This document shows, in pieces, positions 1 to 13,024 of a stretch of DNA of 64,000 nt. The stretch's first letter is position 1; each line of letters begins with the position of its first letter. The stretch comes from Amphiscolops sp. MND2022 (Eukaryota). The notes under the pieces were generated by a model. It saw nothing but the letters and a program-made list of their open reading frames with translations. It was not told where the DNA came from and did not search any database. The stretch is taken from positions 44,826,001-44,890,000 of the forward strand of contig OZ076411.1 of assembly GCA_964187785.1 (NCBI GenBank), read 5' to 3'. The position numbers were made by a program, and so were the translations under genes.

Positions 1-2250
1 TAGAAGGAGAGTTTGTCGTACTTGTGTGAATTTAACATTTCTAACAACAGTGTCAAGCGTCCGCAAGTCACGTACAGTCAATTTTAGCGCAATCGTTTGA
101 ATTTTTCCACGGTTCAGCAAGTGTTGTTTACTGTGTAAAATTTTCAAGTCGCTAGTAGCTGCTCTAGAAGTGATTTTCACTTCTCTCAGACGTTCATATT
201 GACGGAAAAATTGTTGAAATTGTGAAATTTTACAAAAGATAACACTGTTTTAGCTTGTGTAATCGCAAGTGAGGCTTCCAACGACCTCACTAGTACACTA
301 GTCACCCATAGCACGTCCCGCTGAAGCACTCTGGATAGAGCTAAGTTAACCCTAAGATCTTGGGTCTATTAGAGAACTGTTTTGAGACATATTAGTGAAA
401 AACGTGAAATCGTGTTTTTCCTCGCAGCAGCTGTCAAGGCGGCTTAGGTGCAAACTTTTAATTGCGTTCACGCCTACTCTAACCTAGGAGCGCCGTGCAA
501 GAGCTAGCGCGCGCTTAAGGGCACTTTTGAAGACCTAGACTTGATACGCAGCGCGACTCAAGACAGAACATCTAGTACAGTAGTATCTCTGTGTGCAGAA
601 AACTGTGTTCCCCTTGATCGTACCTCGAGGGTCCTAGTATCTACGCATCCCTAGGGTCTATCACCAGTGTCCCCTTTCAATAGTAACCCCCTTCAATAGG
701 TTTAAGGCGCCAGCATTGTGATTACTGAACTGATCACCGTGAAACCTATTAAATGCGCCAAAACATTTCAGTTAGCTCCAATAGCATACACTTTGGCTGC
801 ACAAAACGTAGATCAGCTCTGTCTGTTTATAGTCTTCTTGAGTAGCCTTTAGCGGTTATACACAAAAACCTAATTTCGTAGCATAACCATCTCAACTTAG
901 TGGAGTAGCAACCTTTCCGTTTTGATTATTGGTGATTAGCACCAGCGCATGTAATCTAGAGACTGTAGTTTGTGAGCCAGCTGTTTTCGATCCGAACTTA
1001 GTAGGTTATCACGAGCTGCAAGCTCCAGAACGTAGTAGTACTGTAGTTTAGTTTGAGTATTAGAGGGAGTAATTTTGAAACTTCCAATTTTGTTTGTCTT
1101 TAGTTCAAATTTTAACGAGAAAAAGGGTGGGCAATCCACTTGAAAAGCCAAACGAAAGTTTAGTTGTTCGCAAGAGTAGAGGTCAGAGCCAGTGTTAGAG
1201 ATTGAGTGGAAGGGAATATCTGAGATTTTTGAGTGAATCGACTAGGGACTAGTCGCTTCCATGTCACTAATCCGTATACAAGTAACGTAAAGGCGTTGTC
1301 GAGGCTTAGTGCACGTGTTGGAAGAGTTTCGGACGACGTGATTGCAAGGATGCTTTCAGACGTCTTGTCCGACAATGAAAAAACGCAGCGCAAAACTCTG
1401 AGATGTTGCAAGGTAGTCAACCAAAGTCATCGCGAGCCTCTTCGTATAGTGCTAACTCTGCAGATGGCACTGCCACTAACCCCAGTAATGTTTGGCCTCC
1501 TCTAAAAGCCTCGGTGACTGCTTTCGGAGACTCTGCTCGTCTCGGCCAATGACCTGTTCAAACAGTGAAAACGTCTAACTGAAAGGCGTATGTCAGAAAT
1601 GGCAGCAATCATGACAGAAAGAGATCGACAAGCTGACCAACGCTGAAAGCTCATGTCCGATTTGATGCATCGCCGAGACACAGATGTTGATGAGCACATG
1701 GTGGTCCTAATGACTACAGTCCAAGTCCTAACCCAAGGAGTAAAAAAAACTGTAGTAACGCAACACAGAGCGGTTAATGGTCGCCCTCCACAAGTGCCAG
1801 TGGCATTTAACTCAGCGAATGTACCGACTACCAGTGCATTCCCAACTCAGCAGCCCACATATGAGGAAATGGTTCAGCGTCACAGTGAGACACGATCTGA
1901 GCAAACAAAACAAAGCTACACAAGTTATAACCACCGGCAATGTACAAGAAAAGGGCATGCGAAAAGCCAAGTCCCGAAAGCCATCCAAACCGACTTGAGA
2001 TTTTGCGAGGTGTCCGGCCCACCATCTTTCGACCCTTATGCCAAAGGTGCTTCGACGACTGGAGACTAATACTCTGTGGCTATGCGGCCAGATGACCAGT
2101 GACATAGAGTTGCGTACAACGACAGGAGGCACGGAATGCCATACTGCAGCCTCGTCGAATCCCACCTAGAAGCGCCTGTTGCTTTCCTTTGGAAACACCC
2201 CTCAAGACCACTGGCCTCGGGTATGCTAAAGAAGTCAACTTCAAAAAAGT

Positions 2251-3736
2251 ATGAATCTGGAAACAAAGGAGGAAGTTCCAACTGGTGACGTTCCAAATAG
2301 AATTCATGGACAAACACTTGTCGAGTCAATCGCCATCGCAATGTCTAAATGTTTGGAACCGCTGCTGACAGCTAAAGAAACCAAGAATAAGCCAACCAAG
2401 TATCACGGTAAGCGTGATGGCATCTTTTACGGCTGGTTGATGCTGTGGAAGCGCTACTTAGAGAAGGAGCACGCGAAAGACCCTCCTTTGGACAGAGCAT
2501 GGACTGTATTTGAGTTTGTAAAAGATGAAGCAAGAGTCTACATCACGAGTAAGTCTCAGGCTGAGAGAGACACTGACGAGAAAGTCTTCGCGCTGCTAGC
2601 GCGCCGGTTCGGAACAGGACCTAGTAATACACACGAACAACAGCAATTTCGTAGGCGCAACCAGACTAGTGATGAGGACTTCATGCAATACCTCAATGCC
2701 TTTGGAGGCTTGCTTAGCCAAGGCTTCCCGAATGAAGAAGTAGCGGTGCGACGCTATGAAATTTTGCAAAAATTCATTGACGGAGTCCGTAACTTTGAAA
2801 TGAAACGCATTTTTGCGTTGATGTATGCGCAAGAGAAATACATTGAGGAGCCACCCACGGTGGAAGCGTTGAGATTCACAGTTCAACAACCTGCGTATGC
2901 GTGGCTCTGCTCGCACTAATCATTACCAGGCAGCTCAGCAACAACCAGCTTTTCCGCAAAACCAACCAAAACCAGTTCAACAGCAGACCGTTCCTCCGCC
3001 GGAACACAATGCGCAGCAGGTACCCCGGCACCAAGTGGCATATCAACAACAACCGCCTAGAGCGTGTTTCAATTGCGGCGACCCGGCGCATTTTGTAGCC
3101 GACTGCCTTCTGCAGGACCGCGCACAAAAACCTATGCAACAACTAATCAATTCACATCGAACGAAGCCAGCTGGTGAATGGACTTGTCCATCAAACCCTC
3201 ACAGCGTGAACAATGACATTGTGCCTGCGGCACTACTTGTGCATGGAACAGTAACATTTTGCATCATTTGCGGTCGTACGGGCCACGCGGCATCCGAGTG
3301 TTTGGTGCACGAGAATGCAACGACGGAAGAACAATTGAAAGCGGCGGGGTACGCTCCGGACAACATCCCCGCGGAATGCACCGATTCAGACGAGCATATA
3401 AGGGGGATATCGACATCGGAGGAAGGAGGCCCTTCTCGTCCCGTAGTCGTGACTTGCGGTGAGAAACAGATCCTCACGACGCTCGAAGCCCCGGCACCTG
3501 ACTGCACCAAGATTTTGATCTCAATTCATTTGGTGCTGTCAGCAGAGCAAAAAGCGCATCCTAACTTCATATTGTCGCAATTGAAAGAGGAGCTTTCTCG
3601 TAACACTAATCTGACTATAGCCTCAAATCCATTGCCACATTTGTCTGGAAAAGATGAGACTAAGCTAGCTCAGGTACAAAAGGTCAAGACAAACGCGCCC
3701 GTGGTCAAAAGGTTAATGTCGATGGTGTCGATATGA
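2251..3736 (+). pseudogene. gypsy gag (frameshifted) with two CCHC zinc knuckles
   Basis: ORFs 2251-2919 and 2897-3736; motifs CFNCGDPAHFVADC and CIICGRTGHAASEC. Confidence 0.8.
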
Positions 3737-3847
3737 GTTTCGATGCGATTGTTGTCCTGGAGGACACTTTCCGCAAGGCTTGTTTTTGGGCAGGCAAGAA
3801 TTGCGCTGCTATAACATTGGAGTGCAGGATGCACAAGTGGAGGCAGA

Positions 3848-4075
3848 TTGAAGAGAGCCTCACCGGTAGTAGCATTCGGTACTCTTCTACAGAAGCCGAA
3901 GCCACTTTTCGGATTGATAGACACCGGTTCAGCAGTCTCCAGTTTTTCACTGATTGCATACAAGAACATTGCATCCACGCATGAGCTGAGTCTGTTACCA
4001 TATGACGTTGAACAGTATGCCGCTAACGGCAAGAGCACTATCACCGTCGGTTTCGCCGAGGATGTAAGCTTCTAG
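3848..4075 (+). pseudogene. gypsy aspartic protease fragment
   Basis: FGLIDTGSAVSSFS active-site motif. Confidence 0.8.
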
Positions 4076-4923
4076 CTAGGCGGACATACACTGAAAACAA
4101 ACTTCGTCCTCATTGCTGATCACATCGGCTCAAAGGATTTTCTTCTGGGTCACAATTTCTGGCGTACGTACATCGTGCTAGTGAACCTGACTGCTATGAA
4201 TGTAACCATCCAAGACCCCAAAACTACAGATTTTTCAAAGCAATTCATGAGGTTAGTGACCAAGAAGCATCGTTTGTAGTTTCTGCCGAGAAAGTGGCTT
4301 TAGGGCCCTTTGAGCGAAAAGTAGTGCGCGCGAAGATAGTGACTCAGCACCACAATGAATTTCATTTCCGTAATGTAATGGTGCACCCATGTAGCTTCAA
4401 GTCCATTTCATCATTTGTTTCAAAAGAAACACTAACTTCCGTGGGAGAAAACGGTGTTTTTTTCAGCCCTAAGATCCCAAACTGCCAAAGAATTTGTAAG
4501 AATCAGGAAGCAAACTGTAGTTGAAAGAGCGGTGCTCACCAATTTTGCCCTGAACTCTATTCCCATTCAAGACGAATATGGAGCTTCGAAGCTTCGAACT
4601 AATTTTGTAAATCAAGAGCACAGAAATTTCGACATGGACACAAATTCAGAACTTATATCCTTTGCACAGAATCTTTTGTCTTCAATCAAGATGTCAGAGA
4701 TAGATTTATCGGAAAATAAGAATCGCAAAAGAACAGATCCACAATTGCTCAAGCAAATCCCAGGCCGGGATCTCTCGTTTGTCCTTTCTTCATGGGGGAA
4801 GAGGCATTGGATAAATTGGAAGGAAGGTGTCTTAAATGATTACGAAGACCTTTTCATGAAATCGTAAAACATCGTATTGAGCTAGAGCAGGAGGCTGTAC
4901 CACAACGAGAAGGAGCTAGGCAA

Positions 4924-5997
4924 ATGCCCCCTGATAAAGCAGCAATAGCCAAACAGGAAGTGCAAAACCTGCTGGTTCTTGGTCTGATACAACCCTCCTA
5001 CTCTTCGTGGGCTAGTGGGATAGTCATGGTAAAAAAATCCAGCGAGCTTCGCTTTTGCTGTGACTTCGGCCAGGTAAATGATGTAACAGTGAAGGATGCA
5101 TTTCCCTTGCCTAGAAAAGATCAGAGTCTTTCGAGAATTAGGAATACAAAAATCTTCACAAGCATTGATTTCGCGTGGGCCATTTGGCAGTCTCCGCTAA
5201 AAAAGCGTGAACGCGTTCGCGTGTAAGCTTGGCCTGTTCGAATGGCTCCGCATGCCCTTTGGGCTATGCAATGCATCGGCAACTTTTCAACGATCGATCA
5301 CCAGAGCTCTACAAAAAATTCAACAACGACACGGAAGTATTGCCATGGCGTACATTGAAGACATAGTCATCGACACAGAGACTATCGATGATCACTTGAT
5401 GAGAATCAGAGAAAAGTATGAGTGTCTCAGAGAGGCAAGTTTCAAGATGCGAGCTGAGAAATGCGATTTCATGCGCACAGAAACCAAATTCCTAGGACGG
5501 GTATTGTCTGCATAAAACAAGACCCGACAGCAATCAGCAAGATCCAAGACTATATGCCCCTGAGGAATACAGAAGAGCTAAAAAGCTTCCTCGCATTTGC
5601 TTATTACTACCGAGACTTCATTCCTTTTCACGCTGCTGAGGTACAACCTATGCAGGAACTGTTGAGGAAAAACCAACACTTCTACTGGGACGAGAAGCAT
5701 CAAGAAGCGTTTGATTCAGTGAAACAGGCATTAGCCGATGCCACTGCTTTGACAGCGCCAAACCAAGGAGGACGTTTTGTCTTGGATAAGGATGCCAGTG
5801 TAGTTGCGATAGCAGGAATCCTACACCAATCTATTTTCCGTCCTGTCGTTTATGGTAGCAAGTCACTGGCTCGAACACAACTGAATTATGGCGCTCCCAA
5901 ATTGGAGATGTATGCCGACGTTTATTTCATCGAGAAGTTTCATTCATACCTTGCAGGTCGAGATTTCAAACTGCGCGTGGACGACCAAACTCTCTAA
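4924..5997 (+). pseudogene. gypsy reverse transcriptase and RNase H (frameshifted)
   Basis: GLIQPSYSSWASGIVMVKK, LRFCCDF, MPFGLCNASATFQR, degenerate AYIEDIV, then FVLDKDASVVAIAGIL and LNYGAPKLEM RNase H motifs. Confidence 0.9.
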
Positions 5998-6779
5998 TGT
6001 CTGAAGACGTATTCGATGGGTCACGCCATGATTGGACGCCGGATTGCGCGTCTCGATCAATACCACTTCAAGGCAGTCCACAGACCATGCACGCAACACA
6101 GAAATTGAGACAGTCTCAGCAAGAGGACCAACGACTACGTGCATCAGGAGAAGATTGTAGAGACCCTACCAGAAGTGAGCAAGGGATTCAGTTTCATGTC
6201 TCATGATGATTATGAAAATCTTCCCACTGTGCCGTGCATCGATAAACACGTAAAGGTCTTACCGAATCGCCCTGGGCTTCCAGCGGAAGCTCGAGCAGAA
6301 CTCCCCGTGCTCTATTATTTTGAAGAGGCAACCAAAGAAAGAACTAGCACCAGATGAATCTTTGGACTCCAAACCATGGTACCCAGAGGTACGATGGGAA
6401 ACCACTCCGACATCAACCGAAATGAAAGACCGAATTGTATCCTCAGTATAACAAGCAAAGTGCCACCGACACGTCTCGACACCAGACGCGACCCAGCATT
6501 GCGTAGATTGCCTAGGCAGTGTCAGAAGCAAACCGTCCTCCTCAGGCTAGTCGGAACTGAGCTGCCTGAACATCAATCAACAATGCGTGGGTTGAAGGAA
6601 CTTCACTTAGCTCAAAACAGGGATCTCTTCCCGCTGGCGTTGAAAAAACTCATAAACAACGAGCCATTCGATGACATCTTGTTCCCGGAAAACATGCAGG
6701 ACTTTGGAAAACGATACTCTTATCAAAAAAGAACCTACTGTTTCTGAATCCCGATGACATTCGTTGACAGAGCGCACAA

Positions 6780-7135
6780 CGAATCAGAACACCAGGGCGT
6801 AAAGTATTGGCAAGAATTCAAAAACGCCACACTTGGCCCGGCATCAAGCGTGATGTAGACAACTACATTAAGCACAGCTTAACGTGTTACAGACAAAACA
6901 TCCGCTGGGAATCGTTGCTATTCTTCACAAAGCATTAATAGCTGCAACTTTAATGACTTGGTGCACTTCGACAATTTGAAACTTTGCAAGACAACATCAG
7001 GGAACAATGGACTGCTAGTCATTATCGATCAATTAACTAATGTCGCAGAGGCAATCCCATGCGCTCATGACAAGTACGATGCCCAGACAACTGCCTTGAT
7101 TATCCTGAACAATCGGATAGTTGCGTCAACCTAGT
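6780..7135 (+). pseudogene. gypsy integrase, N-terminal zinc domain and start of core only
   Basis: Hand translation gives ARIQKRHTWPGIKRDVDNYI and FNDLVHFDNLKLCKTTSGNNGLLVIIDQLTNVAEAIP, then truncation. Confidence 0.75.
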
Positions 7136-7209
7136 AGAAGTGAGAACACCGGAAAAGAAATTGACCCGGGGAGCGGATGCTCTTGCCCAAGATTTAGTTG
7201 ACATGAACG

Positions 7210-7948
7210 CAGTAGACCATCCACAACACGACATTTATGCTATTCAGGCCAAAAACCAAGACGTTCCACTTGTACATAGTATAGTGATAACTGTAAAAAA
7301 AACTTACTTCAGCATTGACCCATGTGCGGTTCCTCCATTAAAAACTACTTTGAAGGAAATGCTTGAAACATCACCTACGGATTGTCCCAACTATCGCTTC
7401 AAGGTGTGGACATGGCATGAAAAGAGATTAGAGTTCACGTTAGCTGCTATCAATCCCCGACTCCCACCCAAGATGTTTTTTTGCGAACGTGAATTCTAAA
7501 GACACAAACGTAGCAATGGTACGCTGTGTCACCGCGCATCAGCTATGGAAACAAGATGTCGTGACTTCCCCTCCTGGAGATGTGTATCACTCAACCGCTG
7601 GTTGGTGGCTATTAGTCAATTCCCTGGATGAATCATCACTAGTGTCGCCGGGAACTCTATTAATTAGTCTTCAGAATATACGTACACTCGTCGAGCTCGA
7701 CAACACTCTTTGTTTCCGTTTAGCTAAAATCTTTCGCAGCAAAATCCATATTCAACATTGGTTACAGCTACTAGCTATAATTTTCTGTCGCCAAGCCAAA
7801 ATAGGCCTATTAGACAAACAACCATATACGTTTGAAACGCCTGTAACAGTACTGGAAGCATTCGCCGTTGTTCGCGATTGGTCAACCACAAACATGGGAA
7901 ACCGCCCGCTGCGACAACTAAGTTCGGCAAGATCGTCGAGCCATTGTC
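7210..7948 (+). repeat. Segment A, 739 bp, near-identical to 26551-27289
   Basis: Direct comparison shows two substitutions and two compensating homopolymer indels. Confidence 0.95.
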
Positions 7949-8223
7949 GAGCTTGTGACACCGTACAAAGTTCCCGTCGAGCGCCCAAGAAAACGGTTAA
8001 TCACGCAGCCGAAAGTCCGCCCGAATTACCTTCAATGGATCTCGTACGACAACACCGACATATTACAAGCACCCGGCATTGTAGTTTCATGTCGTTTGCG
8101 AACTTCGATTCCCGCGCAGCAATGACGCGCTATGCCATCCGAGAATACGGACAAGAAGCAATTTTCAGACGACAACCTACAACCTACAGTAGGAAAAGCT
8201 TCACACTTGGTCTCGATCTTTAA
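7489..8223 (+). CDS. 244-aa ORF of unknown function downstream of the truncated integrase; may join 7140-7499 across a homopolymer frameshift
   Basis: Open frame. The duplicate at 26692-27303 reads through the junction (KMFFANVNSKDT) because it has 6 T rather than 7. Confidence 0.4.
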   Translation: MNSKDTNVAMVRCVTAHQLWKQDVVTSPPGDVYHSTAGWWLLVNSLDESSLVSPGTLLISLQNIRTLVELDNTLCFRLAKIFRSKIHIQHWLQLLAIIFCRQAKIGLLDKQPYTFETPVTVLEAFAVVRDWSTTNMGNRPLRQLSSARSSSHCRACDTVQSSRRAPKKTVNHAAESPPELPSMDLVRQHRHITSTRHCSFMSFANFDSRAAMTRYAIREYGQEAIFRRQPTTYSRKSFTLGLDL

Positions 8224-8811
8224 AAGCGCCTCGGGAAAATGACTTTGTTTTCCTGTTCACTAGAGCTTCCAGCAAATATCAACTATTACATGATATTCTT
8301 CATCTGAGTCTACTTGATTTAGCTATTACGCTCCCAATGGTTATTGCCAAATCATTACACTTCCCATTTCATGACCCAAAAAGATCTGCTAACATGTTAC
8401 TAACCTGGTACTCAGTGCTTGAAGAACTGTTTCGGTATACAAACGTCAAAACAGTCCTGCACGATAGAGTCTTTGTATCGATAGCATGGATCTTAACAGG
8501 AGATAGCAAAGCGTAACTGGAGGAGCAAGTTATACTACAGCAACTCGTGAGGCCTGCGGTCTTATTTTTTTCCTAATAGTACTCAAATTGAAATGTGTCA
8601 GTCTTTTAATCAAATAATTCTGGTTTTAATCAAGTTTTGTTCAGATGTCCTTTTGTTTCAATCTACGAATGCAACCTGTTTTCAGTCATGTCATGTTTCA
8701 GTGCCCTTGCGCAGCTCTCTAATCGATATCCAACATCCTCATATCATCAAGCAAAGATGCTACTTGTTAACGCAGAACACTATCGTTTCTTGCCTGTACA
8801 TAGTGCATTAA

Positions 8812-8983
8812 TCTTTCACTGTGTTGAGAGTTTGACCATTCAACAATCTGAGCAATGTGGATTCGACTAACAAAGACAAGAAATCAAGATATTATCTTCT
8901 GATCACTTGCAACTAAATACTGTCAGCAGCAGAACAATAGTGAAATCGTACATGACAGGAGACGGATATGAATTCAATCTTAG
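8812..8983 (+). repeat. Segment B, 172 bp left flank of the large transposon, repeated at 27288-27459
   Basis: Direct sequence identity by eye. Confidence 0.95.
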
Positions 8984-9006
8984 CATTACGAGGCCAAAGT
9001 GGGAAA
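8984..9006 (+). repeat. Left terminal inverted repeat CATTACGAGGCCAAAGTGGGAAA
   Basis: Matches the reverse complement of 26220-26242 at 21 of 23 positions. Confidence 0.93.
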
Positions 9007-9017
9007 TGTTCAATTTT

Positions 9018-9330
9018 TCAAGAATCAAGAAAAGTGGTAGTTTAACGCAGCGAAGTGAATTGTTTCCCGATTCTTGAAATTTGAACTTCAAAGAAATTGT
9101 TTATGCCGCCTATAAAAGTCAAGAATTGAGAAAACAATAAAGCGCATGTATTTCCACTATTTTCAAGAATCGAGAAAAAGACATTCGAGAATCTAGACAC
9201 TAATTTTAATACATGGAGATAATGTGTTAACATTAGTTTGTCGATTCTCGAAATTTTGTCGATTCTTGAAAATTTTGTCGATTCTTGGAAATTGTCTGGA
9301 TTCTTAGAAAATTTTCCCGAATTCTTATTC
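9018..9330. repeat. Left subterminal repetitive region (TTCAAGAATCGAGAAA-type motif in both orientations)
   Basis: Copies such as ttcaagaatcaagaaa, cgattcttgaaa, tttcaagaatcgagaaa and a tandem run of tcgattcttgaaaatttt at 9241-9330. Confidence 0.8.
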
Positions 9331-10325
9331 AAATGTTACAATAGTGAATTTAATTCATTCAGTACGCGCGGTCCTTATGTATTTTTATTAAGTTTAATTG
9401 TAATTCATTTTTTTCAGTGTTTTTTTATTGCTCAAATTGAATCAAACAATATAAAAAAAATAGTGAATTTAATTGATCAGTTGATAATTTTTTTCATCAA
9501 ATTAACGGAAGAATCATTGTTAAAATTATAATAAAGGTTTACAATGATTGCTCAAGTTAAATTGTTCTGAACCAGTTAGATTCTAAGGTGCTAAAATATT
9601 TTTTAATTGAGACTTTTACTAGATTTTTTGAATGAATAATTCAATTTTTTTGCAGCAACGATTTTTTTCTGAACCAATAGCACCTCCGTTTTAGCTTTTT
9701 ACTTCGTTACTTGTCAAAAGTTTCTAAACCGTGAGTAACAAAAGCAAAATTGAATTGACATTGAGTCTTTAAAAGAATTACTAAATATTTCTAATCCATG
9801 AGCAACAAAGGAAAAACTTCAATTGAAATCGAGTCTTTCAATGAGTTATTAGAAACCAGTTGTCTGAAACCAACAGGAGCAACAAAAGCAAAAAGAAATT
9901 GAATTCGAGTCACTCTTTGAACTTTCAAGCCTCATCGATTTTGGCCACATGAAACAGGTTCCGGAAAACGAATTAGACCATCCTAATTGTTATTATCTCT
10001 TCGAGTCACTCTTTGAGTTTTCAAAAACTTTTAAACTAGGAATATAAATGAAATATTAGAACTATTTTAAATTTGAGTCAAAAATTTGAACACGAAAATA
10101 AATTTCATTGAAGTTTACCAAAGTACAGAATCATGTTCACGACTACATCAAATAATCGGATTGTGCCTCTTTCAAATTGTGTCTAATTACTTCTCGGTAG
10201 CTTGAAGCTGGATACACCCCTTCAATTGTCACCAAACCACATTTAATGAAGGACATGCTGAATATTTTCCGGATATAAAATCTCATTGACTTGATGTATT
10301 TATCGCTTTCTTCGTATGATCCTGG

Positions 10326-11662
10326 TCATCTGTCCCAAGATTTGCCGAGAACTGAGTCCCAAGATTCATTACATCCAACTTCAGTGCAGGCATTTTGAAT
10401 TGAAAACATGACATCTTTCTCTTTTTCGAATCCAAGGCTTCTTTTTGCAAAATCGTCAGCGATGCAAATAATCCCGGAGTAGCCAAACTTGGACCCTAGA
10501 GCCATACCCACTGCATGCTTCACAGCTGAATAAATGCCACACACTTTATCGATGGGGTGAATTAGTTCCTGTATCAAATTCTCGTGGGTACTTTTTAATA
10601 AATAGTTGCGTTCTTTGAGTTGTACCATAGTCGAAGGCATGGTCACAGTAACATCGTCACACTCTTCGGACACCATTGTCACAAAAACAATATGCTTGTC
10701 TTTTTTGTAAGTTGACTTCATTTCGATCACTGTTGCTGCCTCACCAGAGTGATCAAGGACCTTGGCACCAATTTGAAGTATCCCATTTATGCAAGGGAAG
10801 CATTTCATCGGTACTCGTTCGACCGACTTCTGAAAATAAAAAAATTGCTCATGAGACTCTTCACTGATATGACGCACATATGACACATCTCATGACGCAT
10901 AACTCATCACTTAAAAATGATTTCTGAGAAAAACTGACTTTTCCTGAATCAAATTCGAAAAATGAAAAAAATATATTTTTGAATGAAGTGCTTCTATGGT
11001 TAAATACTTACAGGGACCAATGTAGACATATCGACAGGCTCAGTTTGTTTCTTTGCTCCAAAGGTTACTTTTTTGGGCTTTGGAGCAGTTAATTTTTCTT
11101 CTTTATCGTCGTTTGAACAATAATTTTCGTCTTCGATATTATCAAGATTTGTCGACGAGGACGGCTGGTGAGCGACTCGGATGGCACATAGATCATTGTA
11201 TGGAAATTTCAAAGTGGGATAGTTTGTGTTAAGGGCTTTGATTTCTTCGTGGTCTTCATGCCAATTTTCGTAATCTTCCTCCAACAAAATTTCCATTACA
11301 CTTTTCACTGAGTCATTTTTGAATACCCAACCCGGCGTTTTTAGGCCGTCCTTCAAAAAACATACTTGATCGCAACGAGAAAGGAATTTTGGATTGTAAT
11401 CAAGTTGTTCTTTTTTTGTTCGACGGCGTTTTTCGGGTAAAACATCTCTTATCGCTGCAGATTTTCGAATATTCCACTTTTCAGGTTGCCCCCTTATGTT
11501 TTCTTCTACGTGAATTTCTGATGTGGTATTTTTGCCGAAATATTTCCACTGCACAATCACCGTCCAGTCATCTTTGATAGATACAATTTTTGCCTTCCAC
11601 CAAATAAAAAGTTCATCAACTGCATCGACAATGTCGTTAACTTGAAATTTTTTTGATAGCAT
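10326..11662 (-). CDS. Two-exon gene (11662-11012, 10829-10326; about 384 aa) with an N-terminal Tudor/Agenet-like chromatin-reader barrel
   Basis: FQVNDIVDAVDELFIWWKAKIVSIKDDWTVIVQW resembles Tudor-knot/PHF20-type barrels. GTAAGT donor at 11011 and TTTTCAG acceptor before 10829 join in phase 0. Confidence 0.65.
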
Positions 11663-11821
11663 CTTTTTCGGGATTTTTGGTATGAACGTAAGATGAAGTT
11701 AATTCGGGAATGAAATTTGAGATATGACACAAAAAATGCTGATCTAATATTTTGAAAATAAGCCTGTGAACTTCAGAGTGTGAAACTCATTTCTTTGCGT
11801 TTCGAAGACTCATTTTAGTGA

Positions 11822-11909
11822 CAATGTGACGCGTCACATTGGCCTCAAAAAGAGTCACTCTTTTTGGACACATTTGAACGAATCTTTGACGGTCAAAGAT
11901 TTGTTCAAA
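11822..11909. promoter_or_regulatory. Two palindromes in the divergent intergenic region between the Tudor gene and the transposase locus
   Basis: Perfect 20-bp CAATGTGACGCGTCACATTG (11822-11841) and an 18-bp-arm inverted repeat with one mismatch (11873-11909). Confidence 0.5.
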
Positions 11910-12038
11910 ATGATGGAAGTTTTTTTCAAACCAATATGACTCTTTTCCAACGGATGTAAATATCATGATAACATAATATGATAATATACTTGATAAAGAT
12001 CACACTTTTTTATAAACCATTACAACCTAATCTTTTCA

Positions 12039-13024
12039 TTGCTTTCAAACAATCAATTCATTGCTTATTATTCTCAAATGGATCTTTGGAAACAACATTC
12101 AATGATCATCGATGGCCGACATTTTATTGATTACGAACTTATCGATTATTTACGTGATCACACAGAGGGAAACAAATGCCGACAAGCAGAAGTCCTTGTA
12201 AAGCATGTCATCAGCGGAACCTCGTTGAACTTCCAGGATCTCATTGTGACATGGACCAAAAAAGGAATGAAACGTCACTCAGTCTTCATCGCAGTAAGTT
12301 ACTTCTGGTTGTGACACTTTTTCATCGTAAAATTAGCCTCATTTTGAGAAAAACGCATTTTTATATCAAAAAACTGCTTTTAAAGTAGTAATGACGAGGT
12401 ATAAATCATCACTCGTTTTTTTGCAGTTTTGTGATCTTCTTCTAGAGAAAAAATTATTTTAAAATCGATCTAAGACTTAAAACTATATATCATACAAATT
12501 TGTATCGATTTTTTCTAAACCGGGAGCAAACAAAAATTGCTCCAGAATCAGAAAAAAACCAACATATACATATCTGCATTTAAATTCAAACAAATGCTCA
12601 CAGTTTAGAATTGATTATTGTTTTTTCATTTCAGGCTCAAATAATGCAGCTGATTGTTCTGAGTGGCGGCAAAAGTCTACCCTGGTCACAAAAAAGAAAT
12701 GCTTTCATCAAGGCTTTTTTGGGGTTGGATTTGTACCCTGCAAACCCTTTCCAGGATGTTGTTGCTTCAGCGACGAGTTGTTGTAGTGCTTCCATGACAA
12801 CTCAGGAAACACAAACAGATGAGGTCGCAACGATTGAAACACCTTCCATTCAAATAGACGCAGTCTCCGTGACTGAACCCCCTAACTCCATTTGTATCGA
12901 CGAAGTCCCAGCGACTGAACCCTCTACCATTCGAATGGACGAAGTCCTCGTGACTGAACCCCTTAACCCTATATGTATTGACGACGTCCCCATGACTGAA
13001 TCTCAAACGATGATGAAGCCTTAA
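12039..13024 (+). CDS. Two-exon ORF upstream of the transposase (exon to 12293, intron 12294-12634, exon 12635-13024) with about 14-aa VTEP tandem repeats
   Basis: GCA|GTAAGT donor and TTTCAG|GCT acceptor join in phase 0; repeats VTEPPNSICIDEV, ATEPSTIRMDEV, VTEPLNPICIDDV. The stop overlaps the transposase ATG (TAATG). Confidence 0.55.

Larger units (their letters stand above)
1233..7135 (+). mobile_element. Decayed Ty3/gypsy LTR retrotransposon internal region (gag-PR-RT-RH-INT), 3'-truncated in the integrase
   Basis: Domain order gag (CCHC knuckles), aspartic protease, RT, RNase H, integrase across many frameshifted ORFs. No LTR pair identified, so the ends are approximate. Confidence 0.9.

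Noticed and set aside
1-1230. 5' LTR and PBS of the first gypsy element
   Set aside because: No matching second LTR found near 7-9 kb and no convincing PBS.
7949-8811. The 863 bp missing from the duplicate as a second insertion with a TC target duplication
   Set aside because: No terminal inverted repeats, and the 7489-8223 ORF runs through the left junction, so a deletion in the duplicate is simpler.
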